A stretch of DNA of 64,000 nucleotides. It comes from Naegleria gruberi. Taxonomy: Eukaryota. Below, piece after piece: positions 11,234 to 21,719 of this stretch (position 1 is its first letter; every line of letters starts with the position of its first letter). The translations under genes were made by a program, and so were the position numbers. The notes under the pieces were generated by a model. The model did no database searches. It saw nothing but the letters and a program-made list of their open reading frames with translations, and was not told where the DNA came from. The stretch is taken from NCBI GenBank assembly GCA_000004985.1, contig GG738895.1. One strand, written 5' to 3'.

Positions 11234-11746
11234 TTTCTTTGATGAATATGAATATTATTATTAATATAAAATTATTATAATTATCAATATTTGGAATTGA
11301 TGATGAATGTGTATTGATGATGAGAAAATATTTAATTATTCTCAGAATATTAATTCTCAGAGTACAAAATTGTTAAAATGTAATTTAACTCGTGTATTAT
11401 ATGTACAGCAGACTCTCTTTTTTACAATGTTATTTCCTTGTGTTTTCAAAAGACGATAACACGAAGAAGTGTTAGAAGGTTACAATAAAAGCGAAAATGC
11501 TAAAAATACAATGTTGAAAATTTTTTTGAGATTGATGATCATGATTTGTTGTGCTTTTTCAAATGTTCTCCATTCCGTGTGAATTTGATTTGTTTTGGAA
11601 GGCTGGAATGTGGGGTGGTCTTTGTCATCGTATTAAAATAAATTTCTTATTGGAAGGTAATGTGATGAGCTAGAGTTAGAATGGTTGTGTGGAATCTTGA
11701 AATATCTACCGTAGTTTTTTTTAATTCTCCAAAATATTTTATTGAT

Positions 11747-13986
11747 CTATTTCTTGACCTTAACGGAAGAACTTTGAGTGATGCTATCAAATGTTGGAAT
11801 GTTTCCTTGAAGACCAAACATTTGCAAAGGCAAACAACCCATATTTGCATCACTTGGAAGGTAAACAACTTGAGAAACACTCTTCATGGCTTGAATAACC
11901 ATGTCATGGTGTTTTGTCAAGAGAGCTTCTTGTTTACCAAATTCAGTGGAGCTCAAATATTCAGCTCTCTTCTTTTCAGCAAGGGCTTTAATTTCAATAG
12001 CTTTGGCTTCAGCTTCTGCTTCAATGGTGAGAGCTTCAGCTTTGGCTTTGGCAAGAGTCTTGATTTCAATAGCCTTGGTTTCAGCTAGAATGATAGTGGC
12101 ACTATTCTTGGCTTCAGTTTCAGTCTTTAATTTGAAAGCTTCGGCTGTAGCTTTGATAGAGTTGATGGAATTCAATCTTTCTTGACCAGCCAATTCAATT
12201 TCTCTTTGAGCCTCCAAGTTTGCAAGTTTAGTAGATGTTTCTGCGGTAATAATAGCTTGCTTGGAAATATTGTTGGCCAGCTCTTGATTCATAATTTGGA
12301 AGTCTTCAATACGAATATTATCAATCAAAATACCGTATTGCTTTTTGAATGAATCATGAATCTTGGAAAGAAATTCATCATGCAAGTTCTCAAAGAATTG
12401 AGGAGCAGAGGGAGGTCCATTTTCATTATGTGTTTGTTGTGTATCACCTTTGAGATCGCTTGCTGAAATAGTCTTGCTTTGAGCTAATTGATTCAATGCA
12501 GTGGATCTAACAATGGATTGGAGGGCAGCAATTGAGTTATCCTTGATAAGCTTAATTGTAGCACTTTCATTTCCGATAGTGAGCAAAGTTAACTTTGGAT
12601 CAGCAATTCTAAATGAAACAGCAGCTCTAATACCAACTTCAACAAAGTCACGGGTATCACATCTTAAGAATGGTTCCTTTGACTTGACATCTTCGATCAA
12701 TGGAATAGACATCAATTTAGTTGACATGTAGGACTCAAAAACTCTATCCAACTCATCAAAAACAAAGGTTCCAGGTCCAAGAATGTCCAGCTTACCTGCT
12801 TTGTAGGTTACACCAACTTCACCTTCATAGACAACAATACGCATTGTACTACCCAATACAATCAATTTGGTTTTGACAGGGACACATTTCTCAAAGTTAA
12901 AATCTATGCTATCAATTTCATAAACTCCTGGCTCTTGAATCAAGATTGGAGATTGTTTCCACCAACCTAATCCAATCTCACCAAGGTTAACTCTAAATCT
13001 TGTGATTGGTGGATGTGAAATCAAATTGTCAGTGGCAGATTTCAATCCAGAGAAGGTAACATTTTGATCATTGAATGTGTATAAACCTTCAGGCAAAAGA
13101 CATTGCTTGGTTCCAATAGAAGTAAGACCAATTTGACCCTTTCCTACTCTAATAATCTTAATGGTTTCATGTTGAATGAATGGTTCGTTCATTGCACACA
13201 ATCCAGAGTATGTGAACAAGGCAGAGTCAATGACATAATTACCAGGTGTCAAAAGCTTTGGAACGTTTGCTTCAATGACCTTAGCATAGTGACCTTGTGG
13301 AATTCTCAGAATGTTAATAGTTCCATGCTTGATATTTTCCTTATTCATTTCAATAGAACCACCATAATGGAATAATCTAGTATTTCTAACATGCAAGCCT
13401 TCAGCAAGAAGTAATGGTTTACCATTCAATGTAGCAAGTCCAAAATAACCTTTTTTAACTCTAATAATTTTAAGAGTTTCGTGTTCAATTTCATCACTAT
13501 TATAAATTTATAGTAAGAGAATGATAATTCAAATACTTACCTTGCAATATTATATGTAGTAGACCAGTGAGCACGAGGATTAATATTAAGATAACGACCT
13601 GGTCCAACAATTTCAACACAACCATTGTGCATAACCACTCTAATGTTACCTTGATCAATAACCTTATTACCAAGAGTTGATTTGATCACAGAAACACCCT
13701 TTTCATTAACCAAATTACAAATTTGATTAATAATCTCATCATTACTTGTTCCATTAACATTGGGTTTGACAAGTAAATTTTCCAATGATTCACAACCCAA
13801 CTCTAAACGGTTGGTAATTATGTTTCCATTTGCATGATCAAATTTGTATGGAGAAAGATCAATCTTTTCTCTGTACAAGCTTTTAGCAAGTTCATTCAAT
13901 GTTTCGTTTTTCGGATTTAGATTTACAATTGTTGCTTCTACGTTATTAACCAAATTATTATCACTGTTAGGAGAGTTTGGAATCAT
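11747..13986 (-). CDS. Major vault protein-like: vault repeats, SPFH/band-7 shoulder and E/A-rich cap helix; 2 exons, 731 aa
   Basis: Proposed structure is join(13986..13541,13496..11747), with a 44-nt intron GTAAGT...TATAATAG. About six roughly 40-aa repeats carry motifs like RIPQGHYAKV...LLTPGNYVI, IVGPGRYLNI and ILGPGTFVF, resembling MVP repeats (RIPPYHY..., GPGTYIP). These are followed by VEVGIRAAVSFRIADPKL (SPFH-like) and an AEAEAKAIEIKALAEKK coiled coil. A flotillin/vacuolin-like identity is not excluded. Confidence 0.55.
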
Positions 13987-14794
13987 CAAACAGGAGTGTA
14001 GGTGCTAACAAAGATGAGGCTTTTACGAGAGAGAAGGAAGGTGCTTTAGAGGCTTTTTGTTTTGATGAGCAAGATTGTTGGCTTGTCTCTTTATGGTATC
14101 GGATGGTACTGGCTTGGTAGAATGTTTAATAATAAAACTTTTGGTTCTATGAATGATCTTCTAATTGGGATTTACAATGTTGTGATGAATCAGTAAAGAG
14201 TGATTAAATGAACAATTTTGGTGATGGTAGTGGGAACTCGTAATTACATTTTTTTTAAAAAAATGTAATTTTAAAAGTAAAATTAGAATTTGCTATTATT
14301 AAGGAGACAAGCTCATTTAGAGTTTGTAGTAGATTCCTGATCAAATTGATTGATCAAAAATTAGTGGGGAAAGATTTTCTGACGATTGCTTGGTGCCATT
14401 TCTTGAAATATTGGAAAAACAAGAAAATGAATCTTTATGTTTGTACTCATCAACTCTCACGTTGGAGGAGGAGGATCTGAAATGGACTCTACAGCTGACG
14501 TCTTAATACTTATTATTAAACTTCAACTATTGGACAAGGAGTGACACAAAGGAACAATCACAAAAAATTGTTTTTATTTAAGGGAACAGGAGGTTCAATC
14601 CGAGGATCCTTAGCGGAATAATTAAGGAGTAGCAACAATTTCCACAACTTTCCGCTGCGCCTACTATAATTACAAGAATTAAAAAAACAACCTTAATAAA
14701 CCATTTATCAACTCAAAGAGAAACCGTTTGCATCAGAGGATGGAGGAAGGTCGTTTATTTTGTGCCAACTCTAAATGAGTGAGTATTCTTCAGA

Positions 14795-15796
14795 ATGTTT
14801 CTCGCTGTGATGATACTTCTCTCCATATCGATAGCCATTGAAGGAGACACTAGTGTTCACGATAATAAGGAAATTGTGTTCTATCCATTGAGAACCCATC
14901 AACAATTTGATATCCAGAATATTCCGACCTATTTTCTGGAATCTGCCTATTTTAAGGCCTATTTTGAACTCTATTATAGTGAGGATGATTTTGATTTAAT
15001 AGGAACTCATCAATTCCTTTCTGAACAAACACAAGTGAGTGAATATCCTTCCATTATTAAGAAAAACAAGCTGTTATTTCAATATGGTCTAACATGGGAT
15101 TTGACTAAGGCTCACATGAAACCAAACACTCAAAAGAATCAAACAGTTACTCTCAAATTCTATCCTCAATTCAAGTACAACATTGATCCTTACTCTGTTA
15201 GAGCCTTTTTGATAAAGCAAAGTGAAAATTTGGGAATTCAGACTCAATTCACTCCACTCTTTCCCGCTTCAGATGTTGAATCACCAACATTAGGTCCTTG
15301 GGAATGTACTTTATCTCTTCGAAATTATAACTTTGATTTGCCATTGCAATTGACAATATTTGCTTACTCAGCAGCGAGTATTGGTTATGTACCTGGAGAG
15401 GTTGTGCCAATTTACTATCCAAGGGGTGTTTCATTCTTCATGAAAGGTACATCAAATCTCAGATTAGATGTCATGTATGCTAATGCAACTGTGATAGATC
15501 CGTATGAAAGAGAGAGAGCTCCCACACTTAGTGTTAGTAGCTACAGAAAAACAGTTAACGCCCCAAGTGGTTATTTAGTGTTTACACAATTCTTTGTAAA
15601 GGAAGATTCGAATAATATCCTTGATATGGAAGAAACAAGATTATTTACCTTCAATTCAGCTCTATATGTTGGTAGTTTTACTATTGACCCCTTTTCTTTG
15701 AAGTGTGCATACGCAACCAAAGATTCAAACTTCCAAACTCTAGTTATTGATCCAACATCCTCTGTTACAATTGGCTGCCTATTCACTCACTTGTAA
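14795..15796 (+). CDS. Secreted protein, member A of a tandem paralogous family of unknown function (signal peptide; DPYS[VY]R motif)
   Basis: 333-aa ORF. The N-terminus MFLAVMILLSISIAIEG is signal-peptide-like. It shares the blocks NIDPYSVRAFL and YPRGV with the two downstream ORFs. Confidence 0.55.
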   Translation: MFLAVMILLSISIAIEGDTSVHDNKEIVFYPLRTHQQFDIQNIPTYFLESAYFKAYFELYYSEDDFDLIGTHQFLSEQTQVSEYPSIIKKNKLLFQYGLTWDLTKAHMKPNTQKNQTVTLKFYPQFKYNIDPYSVRAFLIKQSENLGIQTQFTPLFPASDVESPTLGPWECTLSLRNYNFDLPLQLTIFAYSAASIGYVPGEVVPIYYPRGVSFFMKGTSNLRLDVMYANATVIDPYERERAPTLSVSSYRKTVNAPSGYLVFTQFFVKEDSNNILDMEETRLFTFNSALYVGSFTIDPFSLKCAYATKDSNFQTLVIDPTSSVTIGCLFTHL

Positions 15797-16706
15797 TCAA
15801 GTAATACCAGATTCAGAATACGTTTTTGCACTTGTTGGTAGTGATGTGCCAAGAGATGAATGTCAGCTCTCTAGCTCATGTCCAATTCGTTCCTCCAGAA
15901 TTCAATCATATTCTGCATGGAAGATGCAATTACTTGTTTCCTTTGATAAAAACACCCAACTTCAAGGATCTATTTCAGTAAGCACTGGATCTTTAATAGA
16001 TTTCCCAGGCGCAACATTCTCTCCTACCAATCAGGGACCACTTACTCTTCTTGGTATTGTTTATTTCAATTTACAAAAAACAACCATCAAGAAACAACTA
16101 AATAATACAGACGAATTAAGGAATTCAATTATTGTAAGGGCTTTTACAAATCTAAGGGCACAACAAATGGAAGATGCCATGGTTCCTTATTCTCTTAGAT
16201 TATTCAAGTACAATTCGACCCAAAATTTGTTTGAATTAATTTCACAAGATGTTCCATTGGACTCTATTTCGAGTTTTTCTTTCGATTTGGAACAATTATT
16301 GGCCTCAAAAAGTCAGAAATTCACAATAGGATTGTGTACTTATAAGGGTACAAAAGGTGTAGTTGGAGATTTGGTTTATGCTCACTACCCGAGAATTGTT
16401 AATTTTTACCTTAACAACTTTGTAATCTTGTCAATTTACTTTAAAGCAGTTTTCACAACAGCAATCATGTACGAAAAGAGACCTTACTTTACAATTAATA
16501 ATTATGTTCCAAAAAATGTCAAGGGATTGAATGATTTTGTAATTTTACACAGTTTCATGCAACAAAATGGAAATGGATTGGAAACGATTGGATACGATGA
16601 TGGAAGAAAGTTTACCTTTCCAATAGATTCAATCTCAGGAGCATTTGTAGATACATCTGGTAGATCAGTAACTTTTAAATTTGAACATGTCAGATGTGTC
16701 TATTGA
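15747..16706 (+). CDS. Paralogous domain B of the same family; either a separate gene or a continuation of 14795..15796 after a frame disruption
   Basis: Frame +3 opens only 50 nt before the frame +2 stop of the upstream ORF. The track start is TTG, not ATG, and the first in-frame ATG is about 58 codons in. It contains VPYSLRLFKYN and YAHYPRIV, homologous to member A. Confidence 0.4.
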   Translation: MIQHPLLQLAAYSLTCNQVIPDSEYVFALVGSDVPRDECQLSSSCPIRSSRIQSYSAWKMQLLVSFDKNTQLQGSISVSTGSLIDFPGATFSPTNQGPLTLLGIVYFNLQKTTIKKQLNNTDELRNSIIVRAFTNLRAQQMEDAMVPYSLRLFKYNSTQNLFELISQDVPLDSISSFSFDLEQLLASKSQKFTIGLCTYKGTKGVVGDLVYAHYPRIVNFYLNNFVILSIYFKAVFTTAIMYEKRPYFTINNYVPKNVKGLNDFVILHSFMQQNGNGLETIGYDDGRKFTFPIDSISGAFVDTSGRSVTFKFEHVRCVY

Positions 16707-17341
16707 GCCTTGTCCGAAAACGCTTTTTTTTCGAATTTTTGAAAAAGTAAACACTCACGCTTCTTTTTCGCTTTCTCTCATCACATTTTGTTTTTTGTGT
16801 GAGCGCTGAAACAAGAGGGATTCTTTTTTGTGCGAAAGCGATTTGGATATTCTTGCCAAAACAATGGCGAGTGTTTCTTCCTTTCAACTGCAAGAAGTAA
16901 AATATTTTTATGAGAAGAGAATTTCTTTCTGGTTGGTTTCGAAAGCACTTTCGAAATTAAAAAGTCTCCATCTTAAACAAACTAGTTTTCAACAACCACA
17001 ATAACACTGATCCTAAAACTTTAGGATTAAGTAGAAGGATGTATAGAGGTTACATCCATGGAATATTTCTTCTCTGGTCTCATTATCCATCAAGTATTAA
17101 TATGTTTTCGATTTAAAATTACAATAACAATTTTCGAATTCACCTTTCTTTAACTCATAAACAACAAACAGGCCATAAATAAATGTGAGAGCTTGTTTAA
17201 CCACTTTAACTTGTTTGCGTTTCATCGTGAACATGTCCACTCACACTTGTCATTTCGATTTAAAAATTACACAACAAAAGGAGAAAAGAATCCCGGCACA
17301 AGTTTTCGAGGAGCGAAAGAAGAAAAGGCTTTTGTGAACGT

Positions 17342-18433
17342 GTGCGTTTGTTTTCGATTTTCGGGCTTTCTCACATTTTCGAAAAAAAACAGGGTTTCGA
17401 CAAGGCTCATTTATTCAAAGAAACAAACTTTGAAAAATTGGAAATTAGTCAAGGTATCACTACGCTTGACAAAAACCAATTTGTAATTGATTGCTTTGAG
17501 GATGTAAGAGATGAAACTTTTGTTTTCATGTTAATTGCCAAACCATTTATTGGAATAGTTCAAAATAATACCGCATTTGGTAATGAATATCCTGTGACAA
17601 GCACGAACACTGATTCATTCACAAGCAATATTCTCCCTTCAGATTCAATCAAGATATCTTTCAATCCGAATGGTAAATCAACAGGTAGTTATGTTTTCAA
17701 ATCAGATAAGAGAAAATATTCAGATTATCAACTTCCAACACTTCAACAGCAGCCACTCTCATTACTTGGTATGTTTATTCTAAATGGGACGAACGTAAAG
17801 CTTGGTGCCAATTATTTGGATCGCCAAGTTGACATTGTTTATGAGAAGAAGACAATGGAAAGAAACTTTGATCCATATTCGTATAGATTCTTCTCTGTTG
17901 ATGATGAAAATCAAGAATTTAAGTTATTGAATTGTGAAGATGTTCCCTCTCAAGATGAATGGAAATATTCGATTGATTTGAGCAAACAACAAAATAGACA
18001 AGTTAAATTTGCAGTATTTGGATTTAATAATATAATTGGTGAAATGAATCGTGAATATTCTATTCATTACAATAGAATGCTAAAGTTTGCTCTCTCTGAT
18101 TTGAATAGTGGACTGGAAATTTCATTTTCATCTGAATTATTTCCACAAATCAATAATGGAGTGAAATTCATTTTGAAAGAGAAACAAGATGCAACTCAAT
18201 TTAATAATTTCATGAATGTGATGAGATTTACAATTGTTCAAACAGTTAGATCAGATATATTGAGTGAAAGAAAATTCCAATACAATAACAAATTGAGTGA
18301 TATGGAAGGAAATAAGATTTCAAATTTAACAAGATTACAATGTGTTTACATTACCAACTCAGGAATAATTTATGGAACAAGTTTAGTTACCATTGAATCA
18401 AATAATCAATATACTTTACATGTAATGAAATAA
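17342..18433 (+). CDS. Paralog C of the family. It is possibly followed by a Pro-rich stalk and a transmembrane anchor encoded at 18455..18795 in another frame
   Basis: 363-aa ORF with NFDPYSYRFFS, YSIHYNRM and QCVYITNSG matching members A and B. Downstream, frame +1 encodes IVEPSPIIPPSPPQPEHSIKP...ILILGICLAIITLLAIGSLLVAIVQSMRLKGKFAVIL (stalk + TM + short tail). No clean intron joins them. Confidence 0.5.
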   Translation: MRLFSIFGLSHIFEKKQGFDKAHLFKETNFEKLEISQGITTLDKNQFVIDCFEDVRDETFVFMLIAKPFIGIVQNNTAFGNEYPVTSTNTDSFTSNILPSDSIKISFNPNGKSTGSYVFKSDKRKYSDYQLPTLQQQPLSLLGMFILNGTNVKLGANYLDRQVDIVYEKKTMERNFDPYSYRFFSVDDENQEFKLLNCEDVPSQDEWKYSIDLSKQQNRQVKFAVFGFNNIIGEMNREYSIHYNRMLKFALSDLNSGLEISFSSELFPQINNGVKFILKEKQDATQFNNFMNVMRFTIVQTVRSDILSERKFQYNNKLSDMEGNKISNLTRLQCVYITNSGIIYGTSLVTIESNNQYTLHVMK

Positions 18434-19049
18434 TATTACATGAAGAATATGATTTACAAATTGTTGAACCATCTCCAATCATTCCTCCTTCACCTCCTCA
18501 ACCAGAACACTCAATCAAACCAGATCACTCAATTAGTCCACAACCGAAACCACAACCATCACTTATTGATCCAAAACCACAAGAATCAATTAAATTGCAA
18601 CCTGTATCTTCTATAAAACCATCTCAAAGTTCAGGTATAACAAAGGATGATATTGGAAATGGATCAAAAAAAGATGAAGCAATACTCATTCTTGGTATTT
18701 GTCTTGCAATAATTACCTTATTAGCAATAGGTTCCTTACTTGTGGCCATTGTACAGTCAATGAGGTTGAAAGGCAAGTTTGCAGTCATCCTATAAATCAT
18801 CTAAAAATCAAGAAATGAAAGATCCAATGTTATGGAATATAAGTTGAATAAATTATATTAGTTGATAATGTCAATTCATCAACAGATTTTGTTTATCAAG
18901 ATTTTAAATGTTGAATTGAAAATTACAATGAAATATATTCACTATTAATAGTTGATAAATGGAGGTTCAAATAGTATTTGAAGATAATTCACAACCCAAT
19001 TTGTCCAAGTAATGGGATATGTTAGCAACACCGAAACTAGACGAAAAAA

Positions 19050-20699
19050 ATGTTAAAAAGTGGATTGTTACTTTTCACTTGTTTGTTTGTGGTTATCACT
19101 AGAGTTGAGCAAGTGTTAGCATCGACCAATGTTCAAATTGCCCACTCCCTGAACATTCCTTCAGTTTGGCAACAATTACCACTTTCCGATAATTTATCTG
19201 AAAGGGTTGTTTTAACATTTGCATTAAAAAATAGAAATGTTGAATGGTTGCAAAGAATATTCGAAAATGTGAATAATCCAATGCATAGAGATTATGAAAA
19301 ATACCTCACCATGAAACAAGTTTCCGATATAACTTCTCCTCAACAAACTAATCTCGTCATTGAATACTTGAACTCAATTCCTGACTGTTCTATATTGAAC
19401 ATTTCCAAACACGGCAATTTAATAACAGTGAAAATAAGTTTACAATCTGTAAATTTACATTTAAATGCCAAAATGAAACCATTCGTCCACAAGGAAACCA
19501 AAGAAATAATTTTCCGCTCCCTGAATGGTTTCTCTCTTCCATTGGAAATTAGTAAGATTGTGAAAACTGTTTTTGGAATTCATCATTTTCCACATGGAAA
19601 TGCAAAAAAGAAATTCACTGCTGCTCAATCTTCACATCCAATAACTCCGAAGGAAATTTGGAATAGATACAATGTCAGTTTACCAACAAGTATCAATGGA
19701 CAAAGTTCTCAGGCGATTGCTTCTCTTTTGGGACAGTTCTATAATTCAAATGATTTGAGTCAATTCCAACACATGTACAACTTGACACAAATGCAACCAA
19801 TTGTAAATGGAGATAATAATAATGGAAAACCAGGAATGGAAGCTTCTTTAGATATTCAATATATTATGGGAATTGCACAGGGAATTAATACTACAATTAA
19901 TAGTATTGCATCCAATAATATTGAAGATCCATTTGTGCAGTGGATTTCAGTAATTCAATCACAAGGAGATTCAAGTGCATGGATTCATTCAATTTCGTAT
20001 GGAGCTGTCGAGAAGGATATTCCAGCAGATGTAAAGGAAACTGTCGATCAGGAATTCCAAAAAATTGGATCAACAGGAAGAACTATATTTGTTAGTTCTG
20101 GAGATAATGGAGTCAGATGCAGTGATTATGGTGATAGATTTGAACCAGAATGGCCAACTAGTAGTCCTTTTGTTGTCTCTGTTGGAGCTACAGAATTTAA
20201 AATTAAGGGAGGAAAAATCTCAGAAATTGGAGCTGATTTCACGGGAGGTGGATTTTCAGATGCCTACAAAAGACCAAGTTATCAAGATGAAGCAGTTACT
20301 AATTATTTGAATCAAGAATCATTCCCAGATAGATCGTATTTCAATCAGAATGGTAGAATGTTTCCAGATATGACCTTAATTGGAAAAGGTTTTCAAGTAA
20401 TTCTTTCAGGAAAGGTTCAATCAGTTGATGGAACAAGTGCCAGTACACCAAGTGTAGCTGCTCTATTTTCTCTTCTCAATAATATTCGTTTCCTACAAAA
20501 TAAGAAACCAATCGGATTCCTTAATCCATGGCTCTATCAAATAGCTCCAAAAACACCAAATGCTTTCTATGATATCACAGAGGGTTATAATTCATTCGAT
20601 CCATGTCCTGGATTCTTTGCAACCAAATCATTTGATCCAGTGAGTGGTATTGGCGTACCAAACTTTGCAATTCTAAAGGATTTAATCTTGACAAAATAG
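19050..20699 (+). CDS. Secreted sedolisin / tripeptidyl-peptidase I-like serine peptidase (MEROPS S53)
   Basis: 549-aa ORF with an AAAAATG start. The N-terminus MLKSGLLLFTCLFVVITRVEQVLAS looks like a signal peptide, followed by a pro-domain. The catalytic region carries the catalytic serine motif SGTSASTPSVAALFSLLN and the residues D and E upstream. Confidence 0.8.
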   Translation: MLKSGLLLFTCLFVVITRVEQVLASTNVQIAHSLNIPSVWQQLPLSDNLSERVVLTFALKNRNVEWLQRIFENVNNPMHRDYEKYLTMKQVSDITSPQQTNLVIEYLNSIPDCSILNISKHGNLITVKISLQSVNLHLNAKMKPFVHKETKEIIFRSLNGFSLPLEISKIVKTVFGIHHFPHGNAKKKFTAAQSSHPITPKEIWNRYNVSLPTSINGQSSQAIASLLGQFYNSNDLSQFQHMYNLTQMQPIVNGDNNNGKPGMEASLDIQYIMGIAQGINTTINSIASNNIEDPFVQWISVIQSQGDSSAWIHSISYGAVEKDIPADVKETVDQEFQKIGSTGRTIFVSSGDNGVRCSDYGDRFEPEWPTSSPFVVSVGATEFKIKGGKISEIGADFTGGGFSDAYKRPSYQDEAVTNYLNQESFPDRSYFNQNGRMFPDMTLIGKGFQVILSGKVQSVDGTSASTPSVAALFSLLNNIRFLQNKKPIGFLNPWLYQIAPKTPNAFYDITEGYNSFDPCPGFFATKSFDPVSGIGVPNFAILKDLILTK

Positions 20700-21113
20700 A
20701 GAATTCCACTACTGTAGGGTCCTGAAGAAATAAAAAGAATTACACCAGCTCATCAACTGACATGGGAATTCCACATCAACACATTACCTGCAACATGCCC
20801 TAATATCTTTGGAAACATCCTCAGAAAATTGGAAGGGCTATGCATTAGGTCTGAATAATTTTGGTAGAAACCAACGTAATTCCAATAGATAGGTTGTATT
20901 TCCAAAGCAATAGCAACAATCTCTAAAAGAATGAATATTGAATTGTGGTTAAGAAAGTTTTAAATTTAATAACCAGCCAAGACCAAGTTTCAATCCTAGA
21001 AATGCTCTGTTCAAAAAAACCTCCATCATTTTAAGAACTAGGAATATGGCAAGATACTGAGAAAATATTTAGGTTTTGTATCAGTTTTTGGTTAGTCAAT
21101 AAACTGCATCCAT

Positions 21114-21665
21114 CTACAGCCAAGTTCTTTCACCCTTAGAAGTCAACAAATTCATTCTATTTCTGTAACCAGTCTCTGGTTTTGGAGGTTTATAAATTGG
21201 TTGAGGAATGCCATTATTGTAGTTGGCACAATTATTGAAAATATTTTTCTTCGTTTTAAATTCGTGGAGGGATTTCATTTGAGCTCTGTATAATTGTTTT
21301 TGAATGGAATTTGGAGAAGTATTCACAGAAGGAGCTTCAACAATCGAATAATTATTTTCCACTCTAATTTTAGGATAATTCATAGAGAAGTCCATTCTAT
21401 CGATCGGTAAATTATTTTCCACATTGTGCACATCCTTTTTCTTATTGAATTGACTTTTTCTTCTTAATCTCCCACATTTCTTCTTTTCTCTATTTTCTTG
21501 ATTCGGATAGATTCTCCAATCTAACCGAGAAAAATACATGGGTGGTTCATCTGGATCAGAATTTAATTTAATTTTAATTTTAATATCGGCGTAAGAAATA
21601 TTTGATGACGGAACAAAGGTGGTTTGTTGTCTAACCTTGCCAGCTCTACTAATGTTGGTTGCCAT
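21114..21665 (-). CDS. Hypothetical basic protein (183 aa)
   Basis: ATG-initiated ORF (21665). Lys/Arg/Asn-rich. No recognisable domain. Confidence 0.35.
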   Translation of the reverse strand: MATNISRAGKVRQQTTFVPSSNISYADIKIKIKLNSDPDEPPMYFSRLDWRIYPNQENREKKKCGRLRRKSQFNKKKDVHNVENNLPIDRMDFSMNYPKIRVENNYSIVEAPSVNTSPNSIQKQLYRAQMKSLHEFKTKKNIFNNCANYNNGIPQPIYKPPKPETGYRNRMNLLTSKGERTWL

Positions 21666-21719
21666 TTTTTTTTAAATTTGTTGTAAACTTATGTTTTGGT
21701 AAAAAGCATGGATATTGAA

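Noticed and set aside
14040-14260. RUGAUGA-like boxes (TGATGA at about 14071, GTGATGA at about 14183) that might mark a box C/D snoRNA in the long intergenic region
   Set aside because: No matching box D (CTGA) at the right distance and no terminal stem. These motifs are expected by chance in 800 bp.
14560-14600. GGAGGTTCAATCCGAGGATCC, resembling a tRNA T-arm
   Set aside because: The flanking sequence cannot be folded into acceptor, D or anticodon arms. The putative T-stem halves are not complementary.
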